The translations under genes were made by a program, and so were the position numbers. Under the pieces are notes generated by a model. The model searched no databases and had not been told where the DNA came from. It saw nothing but the letters and a program-made list of their open reading frames with translations. A stretch of 64,000 nt of DNA from Octopus sinensis (taxonomy: Eukaryota): assembly GCF_006345805.1 (NCBI RefSeq), contig NC_042997.1, positions 50,344,001 to 50,408,000 of the forward strand, in the 5' to 3' direction. Of this stretch, positions 41,190 through 53,482 are shown piece by piece; position 1 is the first letter of the stretch; every line of letters begins with the position of its first letter.

Positions 41190-41307
41190 CCCGCTACAGT
41201 TGGTGACCCCGACGTGAGAACCGTTAAGCGTTACACCTACACGCTACATTCGGTGGTGGGTCACATCATATCGACGTGACATGGCACATCACATTCAGCC
41301 CGCTACG
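41190..41307 (+). mobile_element. Miniature LTR-element remnant with tRNA-Trp primer-binding site
   Basis: ..CCCGCTACA-gt-TGGTGACCCCGACGTGA (41201-41217) is complementary to the tRNA-Trp 3' end; CCCGCTAC recurs at 41299-41306. Confidence 0.6.
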
Positions 41308-41364
41308 TATGCTTTAAAGTGTGTTTCTTTCTTTTTGGGATTTATGAGCTACTGATGATATACA

Positions 41365-41525
41365 GGCGTGGGTGTGTCGTAAGAATTTTACTTCCCAACC
41401 ACACGGTTTGGCGTTGAGTACCACTATATGGTGCCTTGGGCAAGTGTCTTCTATTATGGCCCTGAGTCAACCAAATCCTTCTGAATGGATTTGGTCGACG
41501 GAAATTGAAAGAAACCCATCGTGTA
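41365..41525 (+). mobile_element. CORE-type SINE, 5' half
   Basis: CCTTGGGCAAGTGTCTTCTA; homologous to 38738-38900. Confidence 0.8.
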
Positions 41526-41578
41526 TATGTATATGTGTGTGTGTGTGTGTGTGCGTGTGTGTGCGTACGTGCATGCGA

Positions 41579-41612
<34 letters not shown>

Positions 41613-42309
41613 GGAGAATGTTTATGCATGTGTGACAATGTACGAAAGAAAACTTACTCAATGTTTATGAAATACGAATGATGATTAAGTTTAGTCCGCA
41701 GAAACCAAAGTTAGCTGACTCTACTACCTTTCTTGCACGAAAGATCTTTGCATTCTCGTGTCCACATATAGGATTAAAGTACATGACAAAAGCAAACGAT
41801 ATGATAAGGTGATGAATAAAAGCTTTCCTTTCATTAGCTACCACAAGTTAACGGATGAAAGCTTTCTTTTCATTATTAAGAGCGAATCTCGTTTTGATCT
41901 CTTATTACCACGAACGTTAACATTAGATCGAAAGCTTCCAGCGGCGTAGGAAGAAAGGGGTGTCTTTCAGGGAATTAAATCAGAAAGGAATGTAATTAAA
42001 AGCACCCGCGTCTGAAAGCAAGTTACAAGAACGGAGTTCCGGAGAGATTTAATACAGAGTTAATGTGGGATTATTTATAACGTTTGTTGAGTCAACATAG
42101 GAGCAACCGTTTGGTGAGGTTTGTTAATACCCTTTCAGTCAAGTTCTCTCTTTGCTTTCTCTCTGTACTCATAGTTAGTAAATATATTTTACAAGTGACA
42201 ATTTATTAGCAGGACTGATTCGAGAACAGTAAACAATAGCTCAGCTTGAATTCAGAATCAATTCAGGAAAGTTCAAGAGCTACGTAGACGTTATTCAATG
42301 TATTAATAT

Positions 42310-42890
42310 TGATTTCAAATTTTGGCACAGGGTCACCAATTGCAGGAAAGAAGCAAGTCGTTTACATCGACCTCAGTACCAAACTGGCACTTATTTTATA
42401 AGATTTGATAGAATGAAAGGCAAAGTCGACTCATACTATTGTTGGTTTCAAATTTTGGTACAAGGCCAGCAATTTCGAGGAGTGGGTTCAGTCAATTGCA
42501 TCCATCCCAGTACTCAACTGGTGCTTATTTTATCGACCTTGAAAGGATGAAAAGCAAAGTCGACCGCAACAGAATTTGAACTCAGAACGTAAAGACGGAC
42601 GAAATACCGCTAAGCATTTCATCCGGCGTGCTAACGTTTCTGCCAGCGCACCGCCTTATACAATATACTAATAGGGATTTTAAATTTTTTCACAAGGCCA
42701 GCAAAGTCGAGGGAGGTGTAAGTCTATTGCATCGACCACAATGCTCAACTGATTCTTATTTTATCGACTCCGAAACGATGAAAAGCAACGCCGACCTTAG
42801 CAGAATTTGAACTCAAAACGTAAAGACGGGTGAAACTCTGCTAAGCAGTTTGCCCAGCGTGCTAACTATTCTGCTAGGTCGCCACCTTAA
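42310..42890 (-). mobile_element. Three tandem older SINE copies
   Basis: Repeated TTTCAAATTTTGG..CAAGGCC tail and family central domain. Confidence 0.85.
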
Positions 42891-43587
42891 ACAATATACT
42901 AAAATCCTTTTCTACTCTAGGCACAAGATTTATGCTTTGCTGGTCAATTCTTCACCGCATGCACTATGTTGTGAACTTGTTTTGCAAACCAGATTTAGCA
43001 TTTTCAGTGATACTTTTATGTGCAATGGTTGTAGACATTCATGAGTATTCAAGCATTTTTAGGGGATAAGTGTACAGGAAATTTCAATTCGGAATGCAAT
43101 TGTAGCCAATGCATGCGTGGTTACAAAGTCACTGTTCTTGAATACAATGGAATCCTCTCTGCTAGATTCGAAAGCTAGATATCGAAATGGCTTTGAACAA
43201 AGGCAAGGTTTCACATAAGTGTTCTTCCAGTTAGTTGGAAAATAAATCGGTAATTCTTGGTGTGCTTTGGAAATCATATTAAAGAACGAGTGCAAAAAAG
43301 TTCTATACCCGCATCCAACCGTGTATGTCCAACATCTGAAATAACCATGCATCCGTTTGTGATGATGTCTTATAGGATAGGTTTTCTGTCAGCAGAAACG
43401 CACATTTACCACCAAGATAACTCTCCGTGGCGCGAGAGGTATTTTTGATGAACAGATGCCAGGCGAGTGAGTAGGGAATATTAAGGAGAAGAGGAAGAAG
43501 TGAAAGAGAAGAAAGGAAATGGGAGAAAAGAAAGATTTGTGGTAGAAATTAATAGAAAAAGTGAAGACTAATATAAAAGGAGATAAA

Positions 43588-43800
43588 GTCGGCTAGCTGA
43601 CAGAATGGTTAGCACGCCGGGTAAAATGCTTAGCGGCCATTTTGCACATTTTTTATGTTCTAAGTTCAAATTCCACCGACATCAACTTTGCCTTTAATCT
43701 TTTCGGGTCAATAAAATAAGTACCAGTCGAGCACTGTGGACGGTGTACTCGGCTTACCCTCTCCTCGAAACCGCTGGCCTTATGCCAAAATTTGAAACAA
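43588..43800 (+). mobile_element. SINE copy
   Basis: Family head and central domain. Confidence 0.82.
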
Positions 43801-44299
43801 ATTTTAGAGAATATATCGGAGAGACAAAGCGGTATGCTATGTTTTCTGGGACATGAATATCATGAATGAATCTCACATACTATCCCGTAAGATTTATTCG
43901 GTTTTTAGCTGAAAATGCTTCCTGAACTGAAAAATGTTTGTAGCTTGTGCCTGAAATACTAGTGTATTTCTTCTTGGTTGTTTATATTGGTTGAATATCT
44001 GAGAGATATGAATGGCACAGCTATCGCTTATTTCGATTGTATTCTTATTAATGATTTTGTAATATCTATGGGATGCTCGGAAGTGGTTACATATATATAT
44101 ATATATATATATGATCAGGATTAAGAAGCATTTATAGCTACATTCATGCTTTATGGATGATTAAGACATTATTTCCCTATCGGAATAATGCGAGGTAAAA
44201 ACGAGAATTGGGCTTTGTAACGGAAAAAAGATTTTATCAGTGAGCTTGTATTATTAAAGGTAAGAGAAAATTATAAGGTATCCATCAAGTGACATATAT

Positions 44300-45120
44300 A
44301 GAGAATGATAAGTGGAAATCCTTTTTTAATGCATCTAAAGACGATAAGTTCGTTTTAAGACCAACCTCTACCAAACACTGTAACTACAGGAGGATCCGAG
44401 GAGATGTCTTGACAACCGTTAAAAAGTGTGATGTCTAATAATTACACCAATAACTTCAAAAGTGATTGAAACTGTATTGTGCAACCAGACAAACCCGAAA
44501 TACGCATGCGCTTTATACGAATAAGCACAGTAGATTATTAGTAGATAATCTAAGTTGTATCTCAAAAGAATTACGAGTCCTAGAATGTAAAACAATCGGA
44601 GACAGAAGTTAGCTGCCCAATTAAACCTTGACGATCGCATTGAACGCCTTAAGAGGGCAAAGCACACTTAGGTTAGTTTTATCAATAATCTGAAATGCGA
44701 CCAAATGGGCTTCATAAAAAAATGAACCGTGTATAGACAGTATATACAGGCTTCCATAAATTCGAGCATTAAACAAGCTACGATGTTAATTGAATGGAAT
44801 TATAAGAATACTATCATTAAGTGGTTTGATATCATCACTGATAAAACTGTTAATAGGATTATTGACTCAATATTGTGGAGCCATAAACCTCTATATCTGT
44901 ATAAGTTACTCTCCTGTAAGATCTAGAATCTTGTAGAATATATATCATTATAACAGAGACTAACATTTAAATGATGATAAACATTAGGAAATCGATGTTC
45001 TTTTTATGGGGATTCTTCTGGGTTCCGAAGCTCGGAGACGAGCTCATTTTCCGATCTGTGTCGCTGAACTATCAGATTCGTTGTCTTGTCTTCTCTTTGA
45101 TACGCTTAAGAATAGATAAG
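44300..45120 (+). pseudogene. Highly decayed Penelope-like reverse transcriptase
   Basis: Frameshifted peptides QPDK, KLAAQLNLDDRIERL, SFINNLKC, INSSIKQATMLIEWNYKNTIIKWFDIITDK, IRKSMFF and VAELSDSLSCLLFDTLK follow the order of PLE RT N-terminal motifs. Confidence 0.6.
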
Positions 45121-45379
45121 AAGAGCCACTCCTATAACCTAGATTGGTAATTTTCTATCGACCCCAAAAGGAAATGGAAATTTGGCCCCAACAGGATTTG
45201 AACAGAGATAATCAGGACATACAGGGTGTATATATGATACATTTATAAACAGAACAGTTCATTCAATTTTTGAGGTAAATAAATACAACAGCCATTTCAC
45301 AGAAAACCCGAAGATCGGAGATTGCTACTTGGAAACAAACTACAAGTGAATATGCGAAGCATTTCATCTTCCAATATTC

Positions 45380-45900
45380 AGAACAAATGTAATCGAGTTA
45401 TTCTTTGAAGTAGTCTTAGTTATTACGCAATACATATACTTCATAAAATCTTCGGGATATCAGGATTAGAACCAAATTATATAGCTAATAAAAATTTAGC
45501 AGAAATATTGTAGAATATTTTTGTCGTGTTAAATAATGTTGCTGTCTGGCAAGGCACAAACGATGAGTTGCATGATTTTCATGATTCTTATCAAAGTCAT
45601 TAATGAAGAATGTGAAATGAAAACCGAAACTTTGTTAACGTTTTCTTCCATCCGGGCACAAATGCCATTCCTTTTAATATTTGGAGAAGCAGGAAATAGC
45701 GATATTCATGTTTTTTCGAAAGGCAATAATGTCATCAGAGATATGAAATGAACTTTTTAAAACTCCATCGAAGGATCCTGTTTGAAATGTCGAAATTCTT
45801 TTCTACTGACACTGTTGATGTTGTCAATACCTATTGAATTAACTTTAACTGAGAATCGAAATGGGTTCTTCATTGTTTCACCAATGCTAGTATAAGATGA
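45380..45900 (+). pseudogene. Decayed Penelope-like RT (motifs 5-7)
   Basis: NNVAVWQGTNDELHDF resembles the DD-x-W-GT-EL-F segment; QMPFL..DIHVFSK resembles PFLD..VYRK. Confidence 0.4.
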
Positions 45901-45930
45901 TCTGGCTAAAAACAAGACATATATACATAG

Positions 45931-45990
<60 letters not shown>

Positions 45991-45992
<2 letters not shown>

Positions 45993-46292
45993 GTGATCAC
46001 CGTGACCGACCAGGTTATCAGATGTTGCTACACATCGCTGGTCACAATGCGCTTCGCATTGTTTTAGCCTTCAAATGACGCCACCCCGCTGGCTAAGCGA
46101 GCAGGCCAACAGAAGAAAGAGTGAGAGAAAGTTGTGGCGAAAGAGTAGGGATCGCCACCCCCACCCCTGCAGGACCCTCGTGGAGCTTTAGGTGTTTTCG
46201 CTCAATAAACACTCACAACGCCCGGTCTAGGAATCGAAACCGCGATCCTACGACCGCAAGTCCGCTGCCCTAACCAATGGGCCATTGCGCCT

Positions 46293-46295
<3 letters not shown>
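45991..46295 (-). mobile_element. Further tRNA-derived SINE type, inserted in (TA)n
   Basis: Minus strand begins GGAGGCGCAATGGCCCATTGGTTAGGGCAGCGG, with B-box GGTTTCGATTCC. Confidence 0.85.
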
Positions 46296-46391
<96 letters not shown>

Positions 46392-46438
46392 TAGACAGTC
46401 CCTGCCCCAGCGAAAGCCATATATATATATATATATAT

Positions 46439-47772
46439 ATGGCTTTCGCTGTGGCAGGGACTGTCTAACACAGCTCTTACACCACATTGAAGATGTACTC
46501 AAAGGCTTGGGAACAGGGTCGAACTCTGATGTCATATATCTTGACTTCAGTAAAGCGTTCGACAGGGTAGACCATAATATCCTACTCTCAAAATTGGCAA
46601 ATGTTGGAATCCGCGGAAAAGTTCTACACTGGATCAAGTATTTCCTGGCGAATAGAACACAACATGTTATAGTTGATGGAGTCCACTCAAGCCCAGCAAA
46701 AGTCACCAGCGGTGTCCCCCAGGGGACTGTCTTCGGTCCGCTACTCTTCATAATCTACATAAACGACCTTTCCATTGTCGTACATTACTACAAAGTGAAA
46801 ATATTTGCTGATAACACTAAGCTCTAGCAAATCGTCAATGAAGAAGCAGACCGAACTCAATTCCAGTCTGATCTATATGCTGTGAGTCAATGGGCAGACA
46901 GAAACAAAATGCAACTGAACGAGGGAAAATTTGAGCTGATGCATTTTGGAAGAAATTCCTCACTAAGACAGCCATACTCTCTTCCTTCAGGGGAACCGCT
47001 CACAGCCTCTAACAATATCAGAGACCTGGGTGTAATTGTTGATGACGATCTCAGTTGGAGTGCACACATCAACAATAAGGTCGATATAGCTCGTAGGATG
47101 AGTTCCTGGATCTTAAGAACTTTCCGGTCCAGAGAACAAGGTGTCATCATACCACTTTTCTCCTCCTTTGTACGGCCACACCTCGAATACTGCTGCCCAC
47201 TGTGGCCTCCCCATACAAGACAAAACATCTCGAGGAATGAATCACCCCAGAGAGCAATCACTAAACGAATTGAAGGCATGGCTGCTCTCGATTATTGGGA
47301 TCACCTTAAAGCCTTGAAACTCTACTCTCTCCAGCGTCGCCGTGAGTGGTACATCATTTGTACGATGTGGAGAATATACCGACAACTTTGCCCAAACGAC
47401 CTTAACATTAGCTTCAAGGTTCATCCAAGACTGGGACCATGGGCCATACGTCCCCTGCCCAATTCAAGATCACAGCATACATGTACACTACAACATAATT
47501 TCTTTTCCTCAACAGGCCCTGCCCTATTTAACATTGTCCCGAAAGAGATCAAAGAGTAACAGGATCCCATCAACTTTAAACGGAGTCTGGATAGATTCCT
47601 TCAAGGAATACCAGATAAGCCACCCATAATTGGATACAACTCACCCAACAAAAACTCACTACTTGAATGGACCATAAACAAAACTTGCCTTAAACAGGAT
47701 TCAAATAATCCTATCAGGTGGTGCTATTAAGTTAGACATGGCCTGGACCAATCATTGGTCGAAACATATCTA

Positions 47773-47778
<6 letters not shown>
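46439..47778 (+). mobile_element. 5'-truncated CR1/L2-group LINE, RT pseudogene (one continuous frame with in-frame stops at ~46825 and ~47557)
   Basis: GFRCGRDCLTQLL, DVIYLDFSKAFDRVDH, SGVPQGTVFGPLLF, IFADNTKL, RDLGV, VRPHLEYCCPLW; 3' UTR stem-loop then (TA)n. Confidence 0.96.
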
Positions 47779-47815
<37 letters not shown>

Positions 47816-50117
47816 TGATGAGTCCTAACTTCATATAATTGGAAAGCAGCGACCAAGTTGTTGACTCTTTAAAAAAAGTGTATAGAAGCACATGATTTCC
47901 TTCAACAGGACGGTTTACTTAGTTAAATATAGCGCAGAATTCAGCAGTTATATTTCTACTGCATGACGTAACCCTACCCTCTTTGTACTTGTTTTAAGTT
48001 ACATTTTAGCCTCATCTGATTTCCTTACATCACCAACTGCTTTGACACATGATACATTAAAATACTGATACTTACTCATAGACTTCTAAACTTTTGCTTA
48101 GATTTCTGCTAAGATACATTCCCGCAATGAATTTTTGTTGTTTCTTTTATATTTTTGCTGTTCTTAAAAACTAATCAGGAAACCCCTATTCTCATAATGT
48201 ATATGGTTGCTTCATGTATGGTATATATGCCTCCCTATGTTTATGCTGTAGTCCATGTATTGTGTGTATGTGTGTATTTGTATGATATGCCTCCTTAACT
48301 ACTGGACCAATGGTATCACGTCATCCTCAATGCATGTCAACTCAACTATAAGTAATGCCATGCGGAGACGCGTGGAGTTCAACACCACAAATCAGTACAA
48401 CACTCGCCAATTAACAGCCCCACAATATACGAGCAACTAAATGATTGCTCGACTAGCCAGAAATAGCTGTTCAATTTCCCTTGAATCACATCGAACCACA
48501 TCTGATAGGCCACCCCGTGTCATACAGAACCTATATTATAGCCATCCCTGGAAGAGCTTTAACAAAAGATCTGCTCAATAAAATTGACTTGGAGCTAAAT
48601 AACAACAACATTAACAGTAGAAATCGTGCTGCTTATGATGTCCCTCGAGAACTCATAAAGTGTTGATAGAAACAAACGACTTCATGCCCTAATCCGTATG
48701 GTATTCATTGGATCATTTACGGATATCGCTATATGAAATTATAGTACTCATGATATTAATTATAGGGCTAATTATATACCTTCTGATATGGGATCATGAA
48801 TGCATGGCAGGTAAACGAAAGTATTTGGCATTATAAGCAAAAACCTAGATTTAGAATCCCGTGAAGTATTTTCTGAACAAGTGTTTATTATTATTTCCTT
48901 TTGGCTATTAGGATTGAAAAGGCGATAGAAAACTGGACAAAACGCCTTGTGCCATATATGGATGTCCCTTTGCAGTATATATACATAATCCAGTCGAGAT
49001 TAGTGTTCTCATTCTTCAGTGAAGTTTGTAAAATATATATTAGAACTTAATACCGATTAGATCGACTACAATCTTTTAATCAAAATGTGCGTAACTGTTT
49101 CAATCTTGATCATTTACCTCATAATAAGGTGTAGTAATGGGAACAATTCTTTGTTTTGAATGCTTCATAACAGAGTTTCAGCTACTTATTAAGAACTCAA
49201 ATGTCATAGAATGAGTTGAAGAGATACTGTCTTTTCGTAATCTACCATTTGTCACTGCCGCTTACGCACCAAGTCTTTTGGTGTTAGAGAATAACCTTTC
49301 ATTAACTCGTCATTAAAGGCTACAACTGTAATTAAATATAAAACAACAACTTGCCTATAGCCATGCTGAAACAGTCCCTTTATTGAAAGCTCTATTTACT
49401 GCTTCATTTGGTGAATCAGAACAAGGCCCCTTCACTGACTAGAATACATCCATGTTTCCCCGACTTTAATGAATTAAGAATAAATGAATCTTTTTACAGC
49501 CGGTTCAAACAGTTACAACACTTATCGTTATAAATTTGTGGTCTTGCGTCGCCACAAGACTATTATGGATTCACAGAATCATTAAAACGTCGGAAAAATA
49601 TCTTTGCATTTGTTCCGGTTCATTACATTCTAAGTTCAAATGCCAGCATGAGGAAATAGAGCACCACTGGAGTCGATTCAAACGATCAGCAACTTACCCC
49701 AAATTTGTCACCTATTCTTGATTTAGGTGGGATGAGTAAGAGAATATACTGGACCTCATTTTCTCTGGCCAACTCTTAAAAATTGCGAGGTTTATCCCCT
49801 CTCCGAATCTTTCAATATCATTAATGTGTTACACTCACCGAACCGCATGAGAAAATTTTTGCCCTAAACTATGTCCTCAACTGAAATTCGTTGGAACTAC
49901 CTTGCAGCTTTGATTTTTCTTACAGGCATCAGTTACTGATAATTCGAGAAAGAATCGACTTCTCCAGTTAAGGACGGCCTATAAAAGCTATGCACACTAT
50001 TCTTTTTCCTTGGACTAACATACGTAAAGTATATTCCGTAAATAATGCTCCTCGATTCCATGAGACCTTAATATATAACTGAAGGGTTTCTTAAATATAT
50101 TATTCCAAGATCAAAAT

Positions 50118-50280
50118 TATGTATATAAAACTGAGAATATGTGTGCGTGTGTCTGTCTGTCTGTATGTGTGCATCACTAAAATTCGAGAACTACCCGAAT
50201 TCATTAAAATATTACACATACCTTACTTAGGGTCCATACAGTGTCATGGGCCAAAAAGATATTCAACTTCTTGCCTAATA
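50118..50280 (+). mobile_element. Possible 5' fragment of a non-autonomous Helitron/Helentron (DINE-like)
   Basis: TATATAAAACTGAGAAT followed by a (GTCT)n microsatellite, the layout of DINE-like elements. Confidence 0.35.
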
Positions 50281-50359
50281 TATATATATGGGTGTGTGTG
50301 TGTATGTATGTATATAGGTATATATACATACATATATATACATACATACATACATACAT

Positions 50360-50427
<68 letters not shown>

Positions 50428-50430
<3 letters not shown>

Positions 50431-50700
50431 CCTCAGCCGACGAAACCTTGTGAGTGAATTTCGTACACCGAAACTGAAAGTGGACTGTCGTATATACGTG
50501 TATATTTGTGTGTGTATGTTTGTGCGTTTGTACCCCGCACCATTGCTTGACAACCGATTTTGCTGTTTTTATATTCCAATAACTTAGCGGTTAGGTAAGA
50601 GACACTGATAGAATAAGTACTAAGCTTATAAAGAATAAATTCTGTTGTCGATTTGTTCGACCAACGGCGGTGCTTCAACGGTTTATGAAGGTTATAAAAG
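50428..50700 (+). mobile_element. CORE-type SINE, 5'-truncated
   Basis: Homologous to 38834-39160. Confidence 0.8.
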
Positions 50701-50749
50701 TAAAAAATTTTTTTTTTAATGTAGCGTTCATACCATTCCAAATTAAATC

Positions 50750-51157
50750 AATTTCAAATGTTGGCACAAGACTAGTAATTTCGCGGAAAGGGTTAGTCGT
50801 GGTACTTACTTTATCGACCCCGAAAAATGTAAAGCATAAAAAAAATTTTTTTAATCAGTCTTTTCGAAATTTGAACTCAGTAGAAAATGCCGCTAAGCAA
50901 TCTGCCCGGCGTGCTAACGATTCTAATTTCTTTATTGCCCAGAAGGGGCTAAACATAGAAAGGACAAACAAGGGCAGACAAACGGATTAAGTCGATTATA
51001 TCGCCCCCAGTGCGTAACTGGTACTTATTTAATCGACCCCGAAAGGATGAAAGGCAAAGTCGACCTCGGCGGAATTTGAACTCAGAACGTAGCGGCAGAC
51101 GAAATACGGCTACGCATTTCGCCCGGCGTGCTAACGGTTCTGCCATCTCGCCGCCTT
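50750..51157 (-). mobile_element. Young SINE unit (50926-51157) adjoining an older copy
   Basis: Complete head, central domain and tail. Confidence 0.9.
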
Positions 51158-51280
51158 GTATTCTGAAATATATTGGATATGTAAATCAGATTGTAACAGC
51201 CTAAAATCGAAACCTCAGAGAATTTATAAGTTTATATTATTGAAGGTGCTTCTTGTCTCTGAAAATTCACACATTATATA

Positions 51281-51513
51281 TATTTCTTTACTACCCACAA
51301 AGGGCTAAACACAAAGGGGACAAACAAGGACAGACAAACGGATTAAGTCGATTATATCGACCCCAGTGCGTAACTGGTACTTAATTTATCGACCCCGAAA
51401 TGATGAAAGGCAAAGTGAACCTCGGCGGAATTTGAACTCAGAACGTAACGGCAGACGAAATACGGCTAAGCATTTCGCCCAATGTGCCAACGTCTCTGCC
51501 AGCTCGTCGCCTT
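51281..51513 (-). mobile_element. Young SINE with apparent TSD
   Basis: Flanked by TCTGAAAATTCACACATTATATA (51258-51280) and TCTGAAAATTGACACATTATATA (51513-51535). Confidence 0.92.
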
Positions 51514-52080
51514 CTGAAAATTGACACATTATATACTTACAGCTAAATATTCTTTCTGTATCTCCCTAAATGGTTTTTGCTCGCTTATTTCTTTATGACG
51601 AAATAGTTTAAATGTCCTATTTATTAACCTAATTTTCTCTCGTAAATAGTCCTCTTTCTTATCAATAATGCTAAGATCTAAAAGCTACAATTACACCCAT
51701 ATTTTTTATATACCAGTCTGATTGAGCAACTTTCGCAATATGTTTTATCTAATGATACAGGAGGTCGTGATATCTAACGCACCATATCGTCAGAGAGAGT
51801 GTTGTTTGTGATTAGTTTATAACAACTGCAATATTTAAAAGATGTTATAAGGAAAAGAAATCATAAACTAGAAAATGAAGTTTGAATCTGTCCAAAGTTC
51901 ATTGCGTGTAAATACTTTAGAGTATAACTATATGATTGTGAATGAATTGATAAAGATATTGTAAATGAAAAGGTGAAAGGGAGAGATAAATTGACACAAA
52001 AAAAATTATAACCAGGAACCAATGACAGACCACGTGGTCGTGCGAGCTGCAAGAAATTGCAAACGTGTCTTCCACAAATC

Positions 52081-52784
52081 GGATCTTGACCTACAGATTT
52101 AAAAGATGATTTTTTTTGTAACTAAACACTTTCAAACTTCGGACACTGGTAGAATGTGTCATATAAAACATCTTTTACTCTTAGCATTTTTGAGAAAAAC
52201 TTATATTTACAAAGTTATTTCACGTTAAATTTCTCGTATTTTGGTAATTTCAACCAATCAATTCAGCTGAATAAAATTACTGCTGTTGTTTGTCAACAAG
52301 AACTATCGGCGATGTATTTTCCGTTTGTCATTGTTATTTATGACATCGTTAGTGCGTTTGTACTGGTTTTAAGGTTTTAGGGTTAGGGTTTTAGGGTTAG
52401 GGTTAGGGGGTTACGGTTAGGGGGTTAGAGTTAGGGCTTTAGGGTTAGGGTTAGGGTTAGGGTTTTAGGGTTAGGGTTAGGGTTAGGGTTTTAGGGTTAG
52501 GGTTGTTATAAATAACAGAGACAAACGAAAAATACACCGCCGGAAGTTCTTGTTGACAAACAACAGCAGTAATTTTATTCACTGAATAATACACGTCATT
52601 GATTGGTTGAAATTACCGAATTAGAAGAACTTTAACGTGAAATAACTTCGTAAATATAAGCTTTTCTCAAAAATGCTAAGAGTAAAAGATGTTTTATATG
52701 ACACATTCTATCAGTGTCCGAAGTTTGAAAGTGTTAGTTACAAAAAAATATTTTTTAAATCTGTCGGTCAAAAGGTAAAGATCC
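52081..52784. mobile_element. MITE with ~265-bp TIRs and a telomeric (TTAGGG)n core
   Basis: Termini GGATCTT / AAGATCC; arms 52081-52345 and 52504-52784; TSD CACAAATC / CACACATC; TTAGGG and TTTTAGGG array at ~52365-52504. Confidence 0.9.
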
Positions 52785-53482
52785 CACACATCTATTCCCT
52801 GTATTAAGAATATGGTCCCTAATCTCTCACAAAAAAAGTGGATTTTAAAATGGTCTTGGCTCAAATAACTTCAGTTAAATGTCTGTTTCAATTAAAATTA
52901 CTTGGTACTAATCAACAACAAAAAGAATAAACTGTTATGAGGTAAAAATAAAATTTAAATAGAGAGGATAAGAGTTAAGAATGTTTCTCAATAATTAGTT
53001 TCAATTCTTTGTTGAAACTACTTAAATTCAATTAGATCTTTAATACTCATAGCAAATAATACGTACATTCACATGTCCCCTTATTTAGGGCACATCCAAA
53101 AATACATATCATTTGTTATGTCAGAAGGGGAAAATGCGAGAAAAAAATGAATTCCAAAGTTAACGTGCTGGAAATATTAAACATTTTTTTTTTTTTTACT
53201 GTATTCCGATGTGACACCCAATGAGAGTGACACACGCAGGACAAGTGAGGACATCAGTCGGAATTTGGTTCGGTTGATATACAGCCTGCTCGACGAGATC
53301 GGAAGAATATCAATAGCGAACTTGTGTGTGAATGTTTTCCTATCAAGTGGGTGACCTTATGTCATATAGAATATGTACTAATAGCTACTGCGTTCCAAAT
53401 ATGTAACTGAACTCTACTAGATCTAACCTTGTCAGAAACTTCGTGACCCTAAAAGCAATGTCCGGTTTTATGAGGAAGGGAT

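Noticed and set aside
42950-43450. Coding-looking stretch (97-aa minus-strand ORF)
   Set aside because: No recognisable motif or convincing splice sites; possibly an old transposase remnant but unsupported
45991-46295. Functional tRNA gene
   Set aside because: The tRNA-like head continues into a SINE body without a proper acceptor stem or terminator; the same applies to the other SINE heads
52365-52504. True chromosome end or telomere fusion site
   Set aside because: Short, single-orientation array enclosed by TIRs and a TSD
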